The position numbers and the translations under genes are program-made. DNA of 64,000 nucleotides from Lama glama. Lineage: Eukaryota. Below, piece after piece: positions 51,396 to 64,000 of this stretch; the stretch's first letter is position 1; every line of letters begins with the position of its first letter. A model generated the notes under the pieces. That model did not search any database. It worked only from the letters and a program-made list of their open reading frames with translations, and had not been told where the DNA came from. Location of the stretch: assembly GCA_028534125.1 (NCBI GenBank), contig CM052817.1:16680001-16744000 (forward strand), given 5' to 3'.

Positions 51396-53204
51396 TCTTC
51401 CAGGGAGCCTCCCAGGTTCTCTCCATCTGCAACCAGTGTCTCCTGCCTCTGAATTCTGAATAGCACTATATATGCCCCTTCCTTGTAATACGTATTGTAT
51501 GGAGGTTGAATGGAGATACATATATATATACACACACAAATATATATCCATACCTGTATTTATATAAAATAGAAATCACTTACTACACTCTCCTGTCGAC
51601 ATTTCTTAACTCATTTAAATCCTAATAATACGCCTATGAGGTAGCTGCTCTTATTGTCTCCGACCTACAGATGAGGAAATTGAGGCACAGAAAGGCTGAG
51701 TGTTATAACAGGAGTCCAGCCCAGCCAGCGTACTTCCACAGCACACGCTCTGAACTACTGTACCGTCTTATGACTTGTCTTTTGAACATCTTTGTAGCAG
51801 GAAGATACAAACCTGATTCATCTCTTTATTTCCCATGATGCCAAGTATAGGTTCAGGCACATGAAAGGTCTTCGGGGCATACTGCACACAGCTAGTAGCT
51901 TTTCTGATCGAGGTCGCCAGCAGGTCTGCTCTTTTAGTAGTCCCACTTTCTGCATCACTGGATTGCATCTCAGGTATCAGGAAGCACTTTAAGACATGCA
52001 ATTGTTTCTCCTTAAAAAGCTACAGGTCCTCAAGAAGATAGAAGGGGGTCTTTGGGGACATCTAGGGGACAGCAAGACAGAAGGCAGCAGAAGTTAAAGG
52101 AAGATGCTCAGGCAACACTCAAGCCCCTTTATTTATATTGTGTTTGATTTTGTGCTTAAGAGACTGTTAAATTGCAGCAGGAAAGTGCGGCCCTTCAGCT
52201 TATTTGGTCCTTCATTTGAGTCCCCAAACTCTGTAAATAAATCCAGATCCCCAGAGAGGACTTTCCTTTGCTTAAATGTGGATTTCTGGTAAACCCTAAT
52301 CCCCTTCCCCCAGCCGTGAGTCTTCTACAAACTAAATTTAGAAAAATTAAATTACAGCCAAGGGATGCGGCTCCCCAAATGAAACGTATAGGGCAGAGGA
52401 CCTGAAAACCCCGGGGAAAGTGTTCATCAGAGGGAAGTGACAGGGACCCTTGGTCAATCTCACATGTCTACCATCAGAAAGCCAGAGATCTTGTTCATTT
52501 AGAAAGAAATAGGATTGTGCAAACCAATTTAGAAGCATCAGAGCAATGATCTTGGAGAAGAGCCTCGTTCTAATTACGACTGTGTGTTCCAACCAGGCAT
52601 GAAAGAAATCTCAGTAAAACCTATTTCAGAGGAAGGCATTCCCCAATGTGGCTGTGTCTGATGTCTTATGCATGGTGAGGGCCAGCGAGTCAGGGAGCAA
52701 ATTCACTAGAAAAAAGATCTTCGATGACTAACAAAAAGGGGCTATTCTCGTGTTTCCCTGATGGAAAAATTGGTGGGATCTCAGGAATTAATAAGGAACT
52801 ATCAGCCCCTGCTTGGATGTTTTATCCTGAAACTGGGGACTTGTATGTATTTAAATGGGAGGGGCTGGGCAGCACAAGAAGTCTATGCTGAAAAGATAGG
52901 GGACTAAGTGGTACTTTGTCATTAGTCTACCCCCAGGATTGTTCTGCACTATCCAGTGAATGGTAATAAGGCCCAGGCCATCTTAAAATGCACCATAGAC
53001 CATGACCCAAAGTATTTTCTGGACTGAAAAAAAATTCCTTATGTTTTACTAGTAACATGTTAGGGATGCCTGGTTTAAAAGGCAATTGGAATTGGATGTC
53101 GGGATTTAAAGGAAAATGTCTCCATGAAGATGGATGTGATTTTTGTAGAAAAGTAAGGCTGACGTATCAGCATTTTGTGTCCATCTCAACCTATTTATTA
53201 CCAA

Positions 53205-53738
53205 TGTTGTGTTTGGAATAGCCCTTGAGGTTTTATTATAATTACAAGACATTCTTCAACAATAACTACCAGGAAACTTCAGAAAAATAGAGATTTATTA
53301 CTTACAGGATCTAGAAATTACACAGCACACCTGGGGCTGCACAGCAAGGTCAGGGGTAAAGACAGACAGAGAGCACTAGTCTCAGGTTCTGCCTTTATAC
53401 GGGGGTCAAGTGCGCTGGCCTAGCGTTTTGAACGCTCACTGTATATTGGTGAACCTGAAACGTAAGAATGAGAATTTAAAGCGTGGGAAGGGGGAGAGCA
53501 AGTGGCCCAAATGGTCAGTTAAGGAAACCAACCAAGCTCCCTAAGACAAAGGAGACTCGGTGATGGGGCGGGGCAGCCTGGCTCTTTATCTAGGCTTGTC
53601 ACTGGTGGTGTGTTATTGGAGGTCACCATCTGTGAAGTGCCTGCCTCTTTGAAGTGGATGCCTTGGCAATCAGAGCTTAAGTCAGGCACTTGCATTACAA
53701 AAATGTCTTAAAATCCCCACCAACTGTCAGAGTTTACA
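53205..53738 (-). mobile_element. ERV-type solo LTR (~530 bp), same orientation as CCDC149
   Basis: Minus-strand termini TGT...ACA, with CCAAT (53449-53445), TATAAA (53399-53394) and AATAAA (53299-53294) in U3-R order. No clean TSD, so ends are uncertain. Confidence 0.65.
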
Positions 53739-53967
53739 CTGTAGTCAGGTTTTGGATATATTCATTTATTTGGTACATACTTGCTGAGTCTTGAAATGGG
53801 CCAGGGATTGTTCCAAGCACTGGGAGTGCTGTGGTGAACAAAGCAAAGTCCTTTTCCTCATAGAATTTATATGCTGGAGGGAGAGTCAGATCATAAACAG
53901 AAGACAGATAAAGTAATAATTGTGTAATTTCTTACTGAAATAATTGCAATGACGAAAATAAAAAGTA

Positions 53968-54355
53968 TCTTAGTCTGTTCAGGCTCCTGTAATAAAATAT
54001 CATAAAAATCTGGTATAACAAAATGCTGGAGACTGGGTGGCTTAAAACAACACAATTGAATTCGCACAGTTTGGAGGCTGGGGAGTCTAGGATCAAAGTG
54101 CTGGCAGATTTGGTGCCTGGTGAGAGCCCACTTCCTAGCTTACAGATGGCCACCTCTCCCCTGTGTCCCTACATGGTGGAAAGGGAACAAGAGAGCTCTC
54201 TGGGGTCTCTTTAAATGGGTTCCAATGCCATTTGTGGGAGCTCTGCCCTCATGACCTAATCACCTTCCAGATGCCCTACCTCCCAATACCATCACACAGG
54301 GGAATAGGTTTCAACATATGGATTTTGGAAGGACACACACATTCAATCTATAGCA
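53968..54355 (-). mobile_element. MLT1A-like LTR
   Basis: tcttagtctgttcaggct...cacagtttggaggctggg.agtctaggatcaaagtgctggcagatttggtgcctggtgagagccc...cattcaatctatagca. Confidence 0.88.
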
Positions 54356-54374
54356 GAGTGAGGAATTAGAAAGT

Positions 54375-54872
54375 ATTTCAGTTATCTATTAGCTTATAAC
54401 CAACTATACCAAAATTTAGTTGCCTTAAACAATCACTTTTTATTTTCTATGATTCTGTGGGTTAGAAATGCGGGAAGGGCTCAGGTGGCTGGTTTCCTGC
54501 TCCATGTAGCATCAGCTGGGGTTAATCACTTGGTCACATTCAGTTGGCAGTGGACTAGGCTGAAAGGCCCAAGGATGTATTCCTGTGTTTGTTGCCTCAC
54601 TGCTCTTCCATATGTGCTCTCTCTACATGGTTATCCCATCATTCTGTAGTCCAGTTTGATCTTCTTTACAGCATGGCAGCTGGCCTCCCCAGAGAAAACA
54701 AAAGTAGACGCTTCCAGGCCTCTTAAAGGCTTGTCCTGAAATGGGCACTCAGCCACCTCTTCCATGTTCTATTGGTCAAAGCAGGTCACAAGATCAGCCC
54801 AGACTCAAGGGTGGGGAAATAGACTCCACCGTCCGATGGGCAGAATCAATGGCAGCCATCCTTGGAAACTGC
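54375..54872 (-). mobile_element. MLT1 LTR
   Basis: cagttatctatt...ccaaaatttagttgccttaaacaa...ttctattggtcaaagcaggtcacaagatcagcccagactcaaggg. Confidence 0.75.
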
Positions 54873-54884
54873 CTAGTACTGAAA

Positions 54885-56420
54885 TTGACTGGAGTGTGGG
54901 GAGCAGCCTGTGTTAGATAGAATGATCTCAGGAAATGACGTTAGAGCAAAGACCTGAATGAAGAGAGAGACTGAACCATAGAGTGGAGTGGTGGTCTCTA
55001 GACAGAGGGAACCATGAGGACAAAGGCCTTGAAATGGGATATACTTAGTGTGTCTGAGGATTAATAAAAAGGTCAAAGAGGTCAAAGATGCTGGTAATGT
55101 AGCAAAAGAAGACTGAGCAACAGGTTAAGTATGCAATTGATGGAGACAGAGATGCAGTCAGATTACCAGGGGCTTTGAAGTTCATGGTTATGTCTTCATA
55201 GTTTATTCTAAATATATAAACAGCTCTCATGGAAGAGTAACATGAAATGGTGTATGTATCAGGAGTCCATTGGCTGCTTTGTGGGAAATGGATTAGCGGA
55301 AAGGCGTATAGATGGAAGAAGGGAGACCAGCTGGGAGCCTTCCTCAGTCATCCAGGTGAGAGATGATGGTGGCCGTTTTGGTTTCTCAGTGAAAGGAGAA
55401 AAAAGACAATCAGCTAAGGGTTAGGTAGAGATTTATGGAGAGAGGAGAAAGCTTTAAAATTAGAGTGGAATAATTTATTGATTAGAGAATGGGGTAGGAT
55501 TCTGGGCCCTCATGAAGTATGTGGTCATAAATTAATAAATTTAAAGCAAAATGATGGTTGTGTATTTTTCTGTAGTCATTTTTACCTACTAAGGTACATG
55601 TATGAGGTAAATGGAGAATTGGGTTTATCCAAGTGTTTGCTTTTTGCCAGGTGAATAAAAGGGAGGGAGTAAGATACTTTTTTTCTCCAAAATGATTGAG
55701 AAGTTTAAAAAAATGTATTTAACATGCACTTATATAGTGGCTTCTATGTGCCAGAAACCCTTCTAAGCACTGTACAGTAAGCCACTGGGATCTTTATAAC
55801 AACCTTATGAGAAATATACTATTATTTCTCCCCATTTTAAAGATGAGGCAAAGAGGATTAAGGAACTTGTCTAAAGGCACACAGCCAGTAAGTGATGGAG
55901 CCAGGATTTGAACTTGGCAGCCTGGCCCTGAGCCTGTGCTGCTCACCCCTGCAGTGCTCCTCTAGAGGATCTGCACAGGAGAGGGGCAGTAGGGATGCTC
56001 GGGAGGGAAGTAGAGATGCAGGGCAAGTGATAGGCAGTGAAGAGTTTGTAGGGCCAGTGGAAATGAAAGTGTTGGTTGAAGTTAGGGTAGTAGAGGGAAT
56101 GAGTTGGAAAGATGAGAGGAGGTCATTGAGAGTGGGCTGCCTCTTGAAGGAGAGATTTTGGAGGGGGTGGAGATCATGACAAGATCTGCAGCATGATTCT
56201 GGGAATGGGTAGCTGAGATGGGATGAGAAAAAAGACAATTGGAAGATAAGAAGAGAGAGGCTAGATTGTTGGATGAGCTGTCTACGTGAGTACGTAACAC
56301 ATAACCTACCTACATAACTATGCAACATCCTCTGAGAAGGATGAAGGGTAGTGGTGGAGAGAAAACGCAATGAGCCAAGCTCGTTTAGCCCTTCACTGCA
56401 CGAGGAGGGAGGTCTCCACA
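54885..56420 (-). mobile_element. L2 fragments with an embedded MIR (approx. 55720-55950)
   Basis: ccaggtgagagatgatggtgg (L2). cccattttaaagatgagg...ggagccaggatttgaac (MIR). Purine-rich L2-like body at 56010-56420. Confidence 0.6.
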
Positions 56421-57319
56421 TCAGGAGCCTGGTGGGTAAACACACTGGGAAAGTAGTAGGTGTATGGGCTTCCAGTGAGCTGACAGTTCTGCAGGAGAGG
56501 GAGGCAGAGGCAGGATGGGAAGCCATGGTCTGGAGGGAGAAGTGAGGGGACACCCCATGGCTCCAGGAGAAAGCCAGCGATGACTGCAGAGCGATTTAGG
56601 GGAACCGCATTCTCAGGGGGTGGTAGGTTTAATAAGAAAAGAGGCTGAACATAGTGGGATTTTGCTGCTGATCAAGCAGGAGTTTTAGAGGCACGCTAAA
56701 AGAACCTGGAGGGTGGGAAGGGCTGGCTGCTTAAGTCACATCAAGAACTAACCAGAGCTGTGTGGGAAGTAGATCAGTGAGGAACGGCCTGGGAGGCTGG
56801 CACTCTTTTGTGGTGTCTGAGGTGACGAGGTGGGTCCTGATGGTCTCCTAGGGGTGAAGGATAATTAGTTCTAATTACAGATTCCTTCTTGGGCTTGGGC
56901 TCCGAGGTAACTTTTGGTGATGGTCAACACTACTCACAGTCTCAGCAAGGGCACAGGTGGGCTTCTTTTAAGTCTCATTGTCAGTGGTTCCAAACCCAAG
57001 GAGAAGAGCCTTTCCAAGGCCAAAAGAAACAGACCTTTGCTAAATGAAGCAAAGGTGAATTTATTGGAGGGATATCAAAAGACCCACAGAACTGACAAAA
57101 ATCTAGAAAGCCTGGCTGAGAGATGGGCTGGAGTAAATGGAACCCTGGATCAATGGACGGGGTGCTGTGGTATCAGTTTTGTAGCAGGAATAGTCTGATG
57201 AACACATCATGAATGTTCTCCAAGCACAATTCATGTATGAATGCACTCACTCAAGACTCAAAGTTCTGGGAGAGTAACCTATTGATTAAATTTAGATCAG
57301 TGGTCTGTTGGTCAGGGTA

Positions 57320-57690
57320 GACTGAGCCACGCTGCAATAGCATATCAAAAACCCATATCTCAGTGATTTAACCAACAATGGCTTATTTCTTGTTCAGTCT
57401 TTGTAAGTAAGCAGGAGGCTCTCTTCCACTAGGTCACTCAGAGACTCAGGCTGATAGAGGTTGTACTGGTTACACTGTCTCCATATATGGCTTCAAAGCT
57501 TGCTGTAGAAGAGGAAGAAAAAAGCTGGAGGGTCACACACTGGCTCTTAAATGCTCTATCCTGGAAATGATGCATGTCACTTCTGCTCACACTGATTGGC
57601 CAGAATTAGTCACGTGACTCTGCTTAACTATAAGAGGGCGGGACATATGGAGACGCACATAGCATTCGACGGTGAGCAGTAAATGTCCCT
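57320..57690 (-). mobile_element. Old MLT1 LTR
   Basis: atctcagtgatttaacc...gtcactcagagactcaggctgatagagg...tcacttctgctcacactgattggccagaattagtcacgtgac. Confidence 0.7.
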
Positions 57691-58709
57691 GCCGCAGGAA
57701 GACGGAGGTTAGCACTACATCCAAGTGTTCAGACACCAAATTCACACCCTTTCGTAAATACTACGCTGCCTCCTTAAGGATTATAGCTGTGTGTGGAGGG
57801 GCAGACGGGAGGGTGCGTAGGAGCGTATTTTATATTTTTGTATGTGCCTTCTTATTCCTCTCCAAAAACACTTAACACAGTGTTGGAGCACAGAGAATAT
57901 GCTTGAAATTTCTTTCTGACTGATAGATTGATTGATATGTGGCATAAAAGTTTAATCACAGTGAAATAGCTAAGATCTCCACATTGAATAAATTCAATTC
58001 AGCCAGCCCGAGAATGAATCTGTACCACACATCAATTATTGGCACTGAAGAGAAACGACAGAGAGCCCTAATCAGGAGGAATCTTAAGTTCAGAAATCTT
58101 AAGAGGGAATATTATTTCTTTTCTTTTTGGCTATTAAAAAAAGAGCCTTTACTTCTTTGGAAGAAACAAACAATATTAAGGACTAAAAATATAGTTTAAA
58201 GAAGGGAAATCTATTGCCAAGGAAGAAGGACCATCCTTTGACTCTAATAAATTTTGAGAGCTTTTATGTGATGACTTTTGTTTTCTGCCACATGTAAATC
58301 ACATGGAGGGATGATGATAATGATGACTTTGATGGTGGTTATTTTTGGTAGGATAAATACACAGTAGCCTACAACTATTGGCAATGTCATCAGAGTTCAA
58401 GCGCAGGTCCACTCTTGCTTCAAAGTCCAGCTCCTCATTCCTACTCCCCTGTTACCTCATAACCACATTCTTCCTCCCATCAGACCCCTCCCTTCTCCTT
58501 AAAATGATAACTCTCCATGTGTTTTCTGTGTGGACTGAAGTTGGGAGATGCAGGTGCAGCTCCTTCCAGGACAATGGACTTCACATTTTTTAAATGGCTT
58601 CTAATTCCCTGGAGGACAGATTGCTGGGCTCCACTCCCAAAATTTATGACTCAGTCATTCTAGGGCGAAGCCTAGGAATTTGCGTTTCGGGTAATTTGCA
58701 TTTCCTAGG

Positions 58710-59157
58710 TGTTCAGAGTCAAATAGTCTGTCCTACCACCACCAATTCACAGCCACCCAGAACCTCAGAACTGACCTTATTTGGAAGTAGGATCTTTGCA
58801 AATGTAATTAGTTATGATGTAATTAGTTATACTGGATTAGGGTGGGTCCTAAAAATGACTGGTGTCCATATAAGAAGAGAAGGGACACAGAGACACATAG
58901 GGAGGAAGCCCTGTGATGATGGAGGTGGAGATTAGAGTGATACATCTACATCCCAAGGAACACTGACTGCTGGCAACCATCAGAAACCAGGAAGAGAAGA
59001 GGAAGGATTCTTCTGTAGAGCCTTCAGCAGGGGCCTGGTTCTGGCAAGAACTTGACTTCAGACTCCAGCTTGCAGAGCCATGAGAGAATAAATTTCTGTT
59101 TTTTAAGCCCCCTCAGTTTGTGGTAATTTGTTACAGCAGCCCTAGGAAACGGACACA
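58710..59157 (+). mobile_element. MLT1B/C-like LTR nested in a MER5-like element (approx. 58605-58705 and 59158-59212)
   Basis: gaacctcagaactgaccttatttggaagtaggatctttgcaaatgtaattagtta...aataaatttctgtttttt..tttgtggtaatttgttacagcagccctaggaaac. Flanks carry cagattgctgggctccac and ggggaccacaacttgagaattactg. Confidence 0.85.
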
Positions 59158-59864
59158 CCAAGTGGTGCTGACGCTGTTCGTCTGGGGACCACAACTTGAG
59201 AATTACTGTTCTAGGGAAAAAGGAAAGAAAGTCAAGTACCTTTCCACAGGAAAATGTAGAAGCATTTGGGTGATAAAATCTTTTTGAGAAAAGGGACATT
59301 CTAACTCTTTTTGTTTTCTTTTGGATTCTGTAGTGGACAGGTGGGGTTGCCCCAAATCATCTTGTATTGCTTTTGGGGGAATTGCCCACTGAAATGGTCA
59401 TTCCAGGAGTTTTTACTCTGAAGCTGAGTCCTTTTTGTCCCTGACCTCATACAGTCAGAGCTGGGCACATGGACTATGCTTGGCCACACTCTTTTCTTGG
59501 ACTTTGGATTGTAAACAAGAGATACAGGAACAAACATACAACACTTACTCTTCCCAGTGCAGGGACCAGACACCTGTACGAGATGGTGCTGTGATTTGGT
59601 TGTGTAGCTCTCCAGATGAATCCTGCCCATTTTAAGCCAGTTCTCCAGCCTCCTGGAGATTCTGTGGGTCCCCATATTCTTCTAGTAAACTCTTTTCAGT
59701 TAAATTATCAAGTCAGTTTCTGTTGCTTGCATCCAAATAATGTAAACTAATACAGAGTATCTGTTGTTTCCATATGTGTCCTTGAAGTGCTCTACACTTA
59801 GCTGGGTTGAGGAGGAATAAGGACTTAATTTTTTACATCAAATTCCCTATCATTCAAACATAAC

Positions 59865-60151
59865 TTTTCTTATTGAAGTATAGTTGATTTACAGTGTTGC
59901 ATTAATTTCTTGTGTACAGCATAGTGATTCAGTTATACAAATATATATGTATATATGTATGTATATTCCTTTTCACATTCTTTTTCATTAAAGGCTATTA
60001 CAAGATATTGAATATAGTTCCCTGTGCTATACAGTAGCACCTTGTTGTTTATCTATTTTATATGTAGTAGTTAGTATCTGCAAATCCCAAACTCCCAATT
60101 TATCCCTCTCCACTCCCTTTCCTCCCTGGTAACCATACATTTATTTTCTAG
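59865..60151 (-). mobile_element. Short 5'-truncated L1 3' end, related to 45346-45810, with TSD core AACATAAC
   Basis: ttattgaagtatagttgatttaca...atagtgattcagttata...attgaatatagttccctgtgctatacagtag. AACATAAC at 59857-59864 and 60152-60159. Confidence 0.85.
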
Positions 60152-61768
60152 AACATAACATTTGTTCAGTTAAAAGAGTTTGGATTTTCCCCTGTAATTA
60201 CAAAAGTAATGCAACATTTCTAAAGTTTTTTAAAAGTCTTTTTACTGGATTTTCCATTGGTCAAAATGCCATTTGTATATTCCATTATATAGATAGTGAG
60301 AGGGTAAAATCTCAGTTAACTTAAGGGCTTTCCCCTGAGGATGGAACATATATATTAGACGGCTGTCTGCAAAGAGCATGTGGCCACTTTATCCTAGTAA
60401 AGAGTGGGAGTTTCCTCTCTGTCACGTTTTTGGGTAAGTTAATATTAACTCCAGCTTCGTTATCAGCCTTAAGATTTGTCTTAAAACTTTCATCTATGTT
60501 AACTCCAGATACACTCTTAGAGTTTAAGACTTAATTTTGATACACAATTATTTGGGGTGTCTATGTATTCGTATGTACTCACAGCTTTTCCTCCCTGAAC
60601 TGTGAATCATCTCCTCTTCATGATGCCATCTGCTTCCTCCACCTAAGCTGCTCTGAAATACATTCTAAAGTCGTCTTCAATAGCTTCTTCTCTGACCTGG
60701 AATTTAGGTTCCTATTCAGGACAATAACATATAGTTTTGGAACCATTGGATACATTATGCCAACTTTTCTCCTTTATCAACACACTAATACATTAAAACA
60801 ATCTTAGCTGGGTTTCTGTGCCTGCTCTTTGCTTATCAAGTACCTCCCTCCTACCTTGCACTAAATCACAGGTGTTCAAGTCACCCTGGACTGCAGTGAG
60901 CCTTCCCCATGCCCATCCGTTCCTCCCAAGATATCTAAGCCAAGCTTTCCTGAATCTCCTTGGCAACCTTTCCTTGAAGGAAATCTTCAAAATTTGCCAC
61001 CACCTGTCTTGCGTGTTTCATATAAAAATACAAAATGCTACATTTAAAAAATTAAAAAGCCAGTAAAGTACCTTCCAAGGTTCAATCTGAGTTTAGAAAA
61101 TTCATTACAATGGAAAGAGAAGAAAGCTGATCTTTTTTTTCTTTATTGCTGATAGTTAGTGGCATTGATAGATCATGGCAGGACCATCTGCAATATGGCC
61201 AAATAATTTCACTGGAGAGGATTTTATATAGCTACAGCTAAAATTCAATGAACTGATTCAGAAGACTCAGTATAAAATATAACAGTGACTTCGAGTGCCA
61301 AATCAATTTGGGGGCTGGAAGAGGTGGGAGAGCTGTCCATTCCCTCCCCCTTCATGGATGTGACTTTAACTGGAACTGTAAATTCAGAGGCATCGGAGTG
61401 GCCAGGCTGTGGGTTACAGCGGGTGATTTAAGAGACCTATCACGAGAAATCAGCAAGTGACTGCAAACACCAATGCTTAGAGAAGCATGTGACACTGAAG
61501 TACGTCCCTAAGAAAAAGCTAGAAGGATATCCTTGAGGACAAGTTAGGAGTTAGCAATCAGGTGGCTAGGGTTCTAGGTTTGTGATGTGGGTCTCGATCT
61601 TCTACCACAATTTCCTCACTTGTGAAACAAGGGAAATGGATCAGCATAATGGTTTTCAAGGCTTGGCTTTGTTTCATCTTTTTAGTAGTAGGAGTTTTTT
61701 TTTTTTTTTTTAACCAATGAATTTATCTTATGTGCTGTTTGACTTGCTCTCCAGAACCAGACTCCAGC

Positions 61769-62131
61769 TGCTACAGACTGAACGTTTGTGGTCCTTCAAA
61801 GTTCATATGTTGAGACCTAATCCTTATTGTGATGGTATTTGGAGGTCGGGCCTTTGGGAGGTGGTTAGGTCTTTAGGAATCCTCATGATGTGTTTAGTGC
61901 CCTTATAAAAAGAGGAGACAGGGGATTTCTGTTTCTGTTCTCTACCATCTGAGGACAGAAGGAGAGGTAGCCACCTGCAAGCCAGGAAGCGGGCTCTCAC
62001 CACACACCAAATCTGCCAGCACTTCGATCTTAGGCTTCCCAGCCTCTAGAACTGTGAGAAATAAATGTTTGCTTTTTAAGCCCCTCAGTCAATGGGGCTT
62101 TTTGTTACAGCAGCTCGTAGGAACTAAGACA
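61769..62131 (+). mobile_element. MLT1A-like solo LTR with perfect 5-bp TSD CCAGC
   Basis: TGCTACAG...CTAAGACA. CCAGC at 61764-61768 and 62132-62136. Contains ctagaactgtgagaaataaatg. Confidence 0.9.
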
Positions 62132-62136
62132 CCAGC

Positions 62137-62546
62137 CTTCTTCACCCTGCCCTGAGCTCTGGGGTGCTGAGGACCACATCATCAGATCCCCTTGCTTCCA
62201 CTCAGGTCCACCCAGTAGGAGGAATGAGCAGGATATTGAAGGATGGGAGAAGAGAGAGATCAAGGTGTTTATCCCCCCAGCACTCTCCCCTCCACACCAC
62301 TGGTTGGCAATGGCTGTATTCCTGCCTGTGTTCCTCCCTCTTCTTCAGCTACACCTCTCCCTCTGGGTTCCAGAACCATCCCTCATCCTTATGCCTTCCG
62401 ACATGGGGAGCTACTGCTGTTGTTCACCATCCCTTATGGGTCTCCTTTAACCCTTCCCAAACCTTTGTAAATAACTTCTTCAGTAAGTTCTCCTCAGTTG
62501 CCCCCCATAGAAATGTGATGTCTCTTTCCTGCCAGGACTGATGCAC
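62137..62546 (+). mobile_element. LTR33-like ERVL LTR
   Basis: cccttgcttcc...gcaggatattgaaggatgggagaagagagagatcaaggtgtttatcc...cctttgtaaataacttcttcagtaa...ttcctgccaggactgatgca. Confidence 0.6.
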
Positions 62547-63514
62547 GGAGACCCTTCTTTGGCACAGCAGATGAGAGAGGAGCTACTCTGACTGTAGCTG
62601 GGTAGGGCACTGTGGCCCTGCACATGGTGTACCCCACCTCATGTGCCTAACGGGACTCTGTCTCCTGCAGGAAGAAACTTCCGAGATGTTTCTTTCCAAG
62701 TCATCACTTGGAGAGAGGCTGGGGTTGGGGGCACCCTTATTCAAAGTAATCAAAAATAGACTGAGCTCCTATATTCCTTTATTCATTTATTCAGCTGTCA
62801 TCAATGGAACACAGTGAGGCAGATTCTGTGCTAGGTTCTGAAGTTAAGAGATAAACAGGGCGCAATGCCTGGTCTCGCGGGGCTCACACACATTCTGAAA
62901 ACACACAAACCAAATACTAAAGATTCAGATTCTCATCCTTGCCTGCACTGGAGCTGAGAAAGTCCCCTGAGGCTGAAGGGAGGCGCCACCTCTAAGCAAG
63001 AACAGCAAATCGTGTGGTTAGGACCCAACTCCCTCTGAGAGAAGAGGGCAGAGGCAGAAGGATGAGACGGATGAAGATTTTTCCCCAAGATGCTGTCAGG
63101 AATTTGGGTATGGACTCCCCAGGGTTCTTGACTGAGGTGGATGGTTGCTTTAGAAACCTACAGGTCCCTAGAGGGGGTGGCAGAGGTGACTGTGAATAGA
63201 ACGAGGGGCTGCGGAGTCCCGGGGCTGTGCTGAGGACCAGAGAACCAGGCTCTGGCTGGGGGCACATGGCTGACAGCCCCGTGTGCACGTCAGGGCAGTT
63301 CCTGTGCTGAGATTGCTCCTCATCTGCAGAAGTGAGGAGGGAGAGCATTCATCCTGCTGGGAAGAGGCAGGAATGGCCCTCACCTTCCTCAGCCACACAG
63401 AGGAATCTGCAGGAGCTCTTACCTCCATCAGAGCTGACTGTGCAAAGTCTGTGCCCACGAAGCCCAGCTGCGGGGCTCCCAAACCAGTCTGCCTCTTGCT
63501 AACAAGCCATTTAT

Positions 63515-63950
63515 TCTCTTCAGTCTCTGCACCCAGAAAGGTGGATTCTACCCCTACCTCAGAGGAGGGTTGTGAAGAAGTAATTAATATATGCAAAGCA
63601 CTTAGAACAGTGCCCACACTGTTAGTGCTATACAAACGTTAATTATTATTACTCAGTGCCACCTGACTGTTCTCACTTACCAATGGCCAAGTCGTAAAAA
63701 TACTTTAAGATGGTCCCCAAGTCAAGTGGACTTGGAGGTGGGAATTTGGCCAATGAGTATGAACACAAGTTTGGAAAGGAAAGTGGAGATTCCCAGAATA
63801 AGACGAAAATTGGAATCTTGGCTCTGTGGTGAGCCAGCTCCATGATTTCGGCAAGAGCTTACCCTCCCAGATCTTTACTGTTCTCATCTATGAAATGGGC
63901 ATACTGATAGTGTTTCCCTCTGAGGATTGTGGTGGGGCTTAATGCAAATC
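63515..63950 (+). mobile_element. Two MIR fragments
   Basis: cctacctcagaggagggttgtgaag...atgcaaagcacttagaacagtgcc and ttctcatctatgaaatgggcatactgatagt. Confidence 0.7.
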
Positions 63951-64000
63951 GTGCCTTTATTTTCCATCTGCTTAATCATTCATTTATTCAATAAATAGTT

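Noticed and set aside
55858..56553. 231-aa Ser/Leu-rich ORF
   Set aside because: Overlaps degenerate L2/MIR sequence. No recognisable domain or splice support.
1..64000. A previously undescribed multi-gene system, tRNA/rRNA/snRNA gene or processed pseudogene
   Set aside because: None recognised. The window is explained by one partial gene plus repeats. Small ncRNAs cannot be excluded without an Rfam/Infernal search.

Overview
Mammalian (eutherian) genomic DNA, not prokaryotic. It holds the 5' part of CCDC149 (coiled-coil domain containing 149) on the minus strand. Coding exon 1 lies in a CpG island (CDS 36583-36536, MNGDRTESDWQGLVSE). It is followed by a 32.6-kb intron, exon 2 (3888-3727), a 1.8-kb intron and a 39-nt exon 3 (1902-1864). 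The gene runs off the left edge. All junctions are GT-AG and phase 0. About 27 kb of upstream DNA lies to the right. The rest is mostly old transposable elements (L1, L2, MIR, MLT1/MaLR LTRs, LTR33-like, MER3/MER5) plus two ERV-type solo LTRs and simple repeats. I recognised no Alu, B1/B2, Can-SINE, Bov-tA, CHR or PRE-1. The younger L1 3' ends look cetartiodactyl-like, so a camelid is a tentative guess. Almost all ORFs in the supplied track are spurious. I found no evidence of a new multi-gene system. The best leads are regulatory: a uORF whose stop overlaps the CCDC149 start codon, an 18-bp GC-rich promoter minisatellite, a UG-rich tract before the small exon 3, a sense LTR with promoter motifs and a splice donor, a perfect ARE, and some unexplained local duplications. 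Repeat family names and most repeat boundaries are by-eye estimates.
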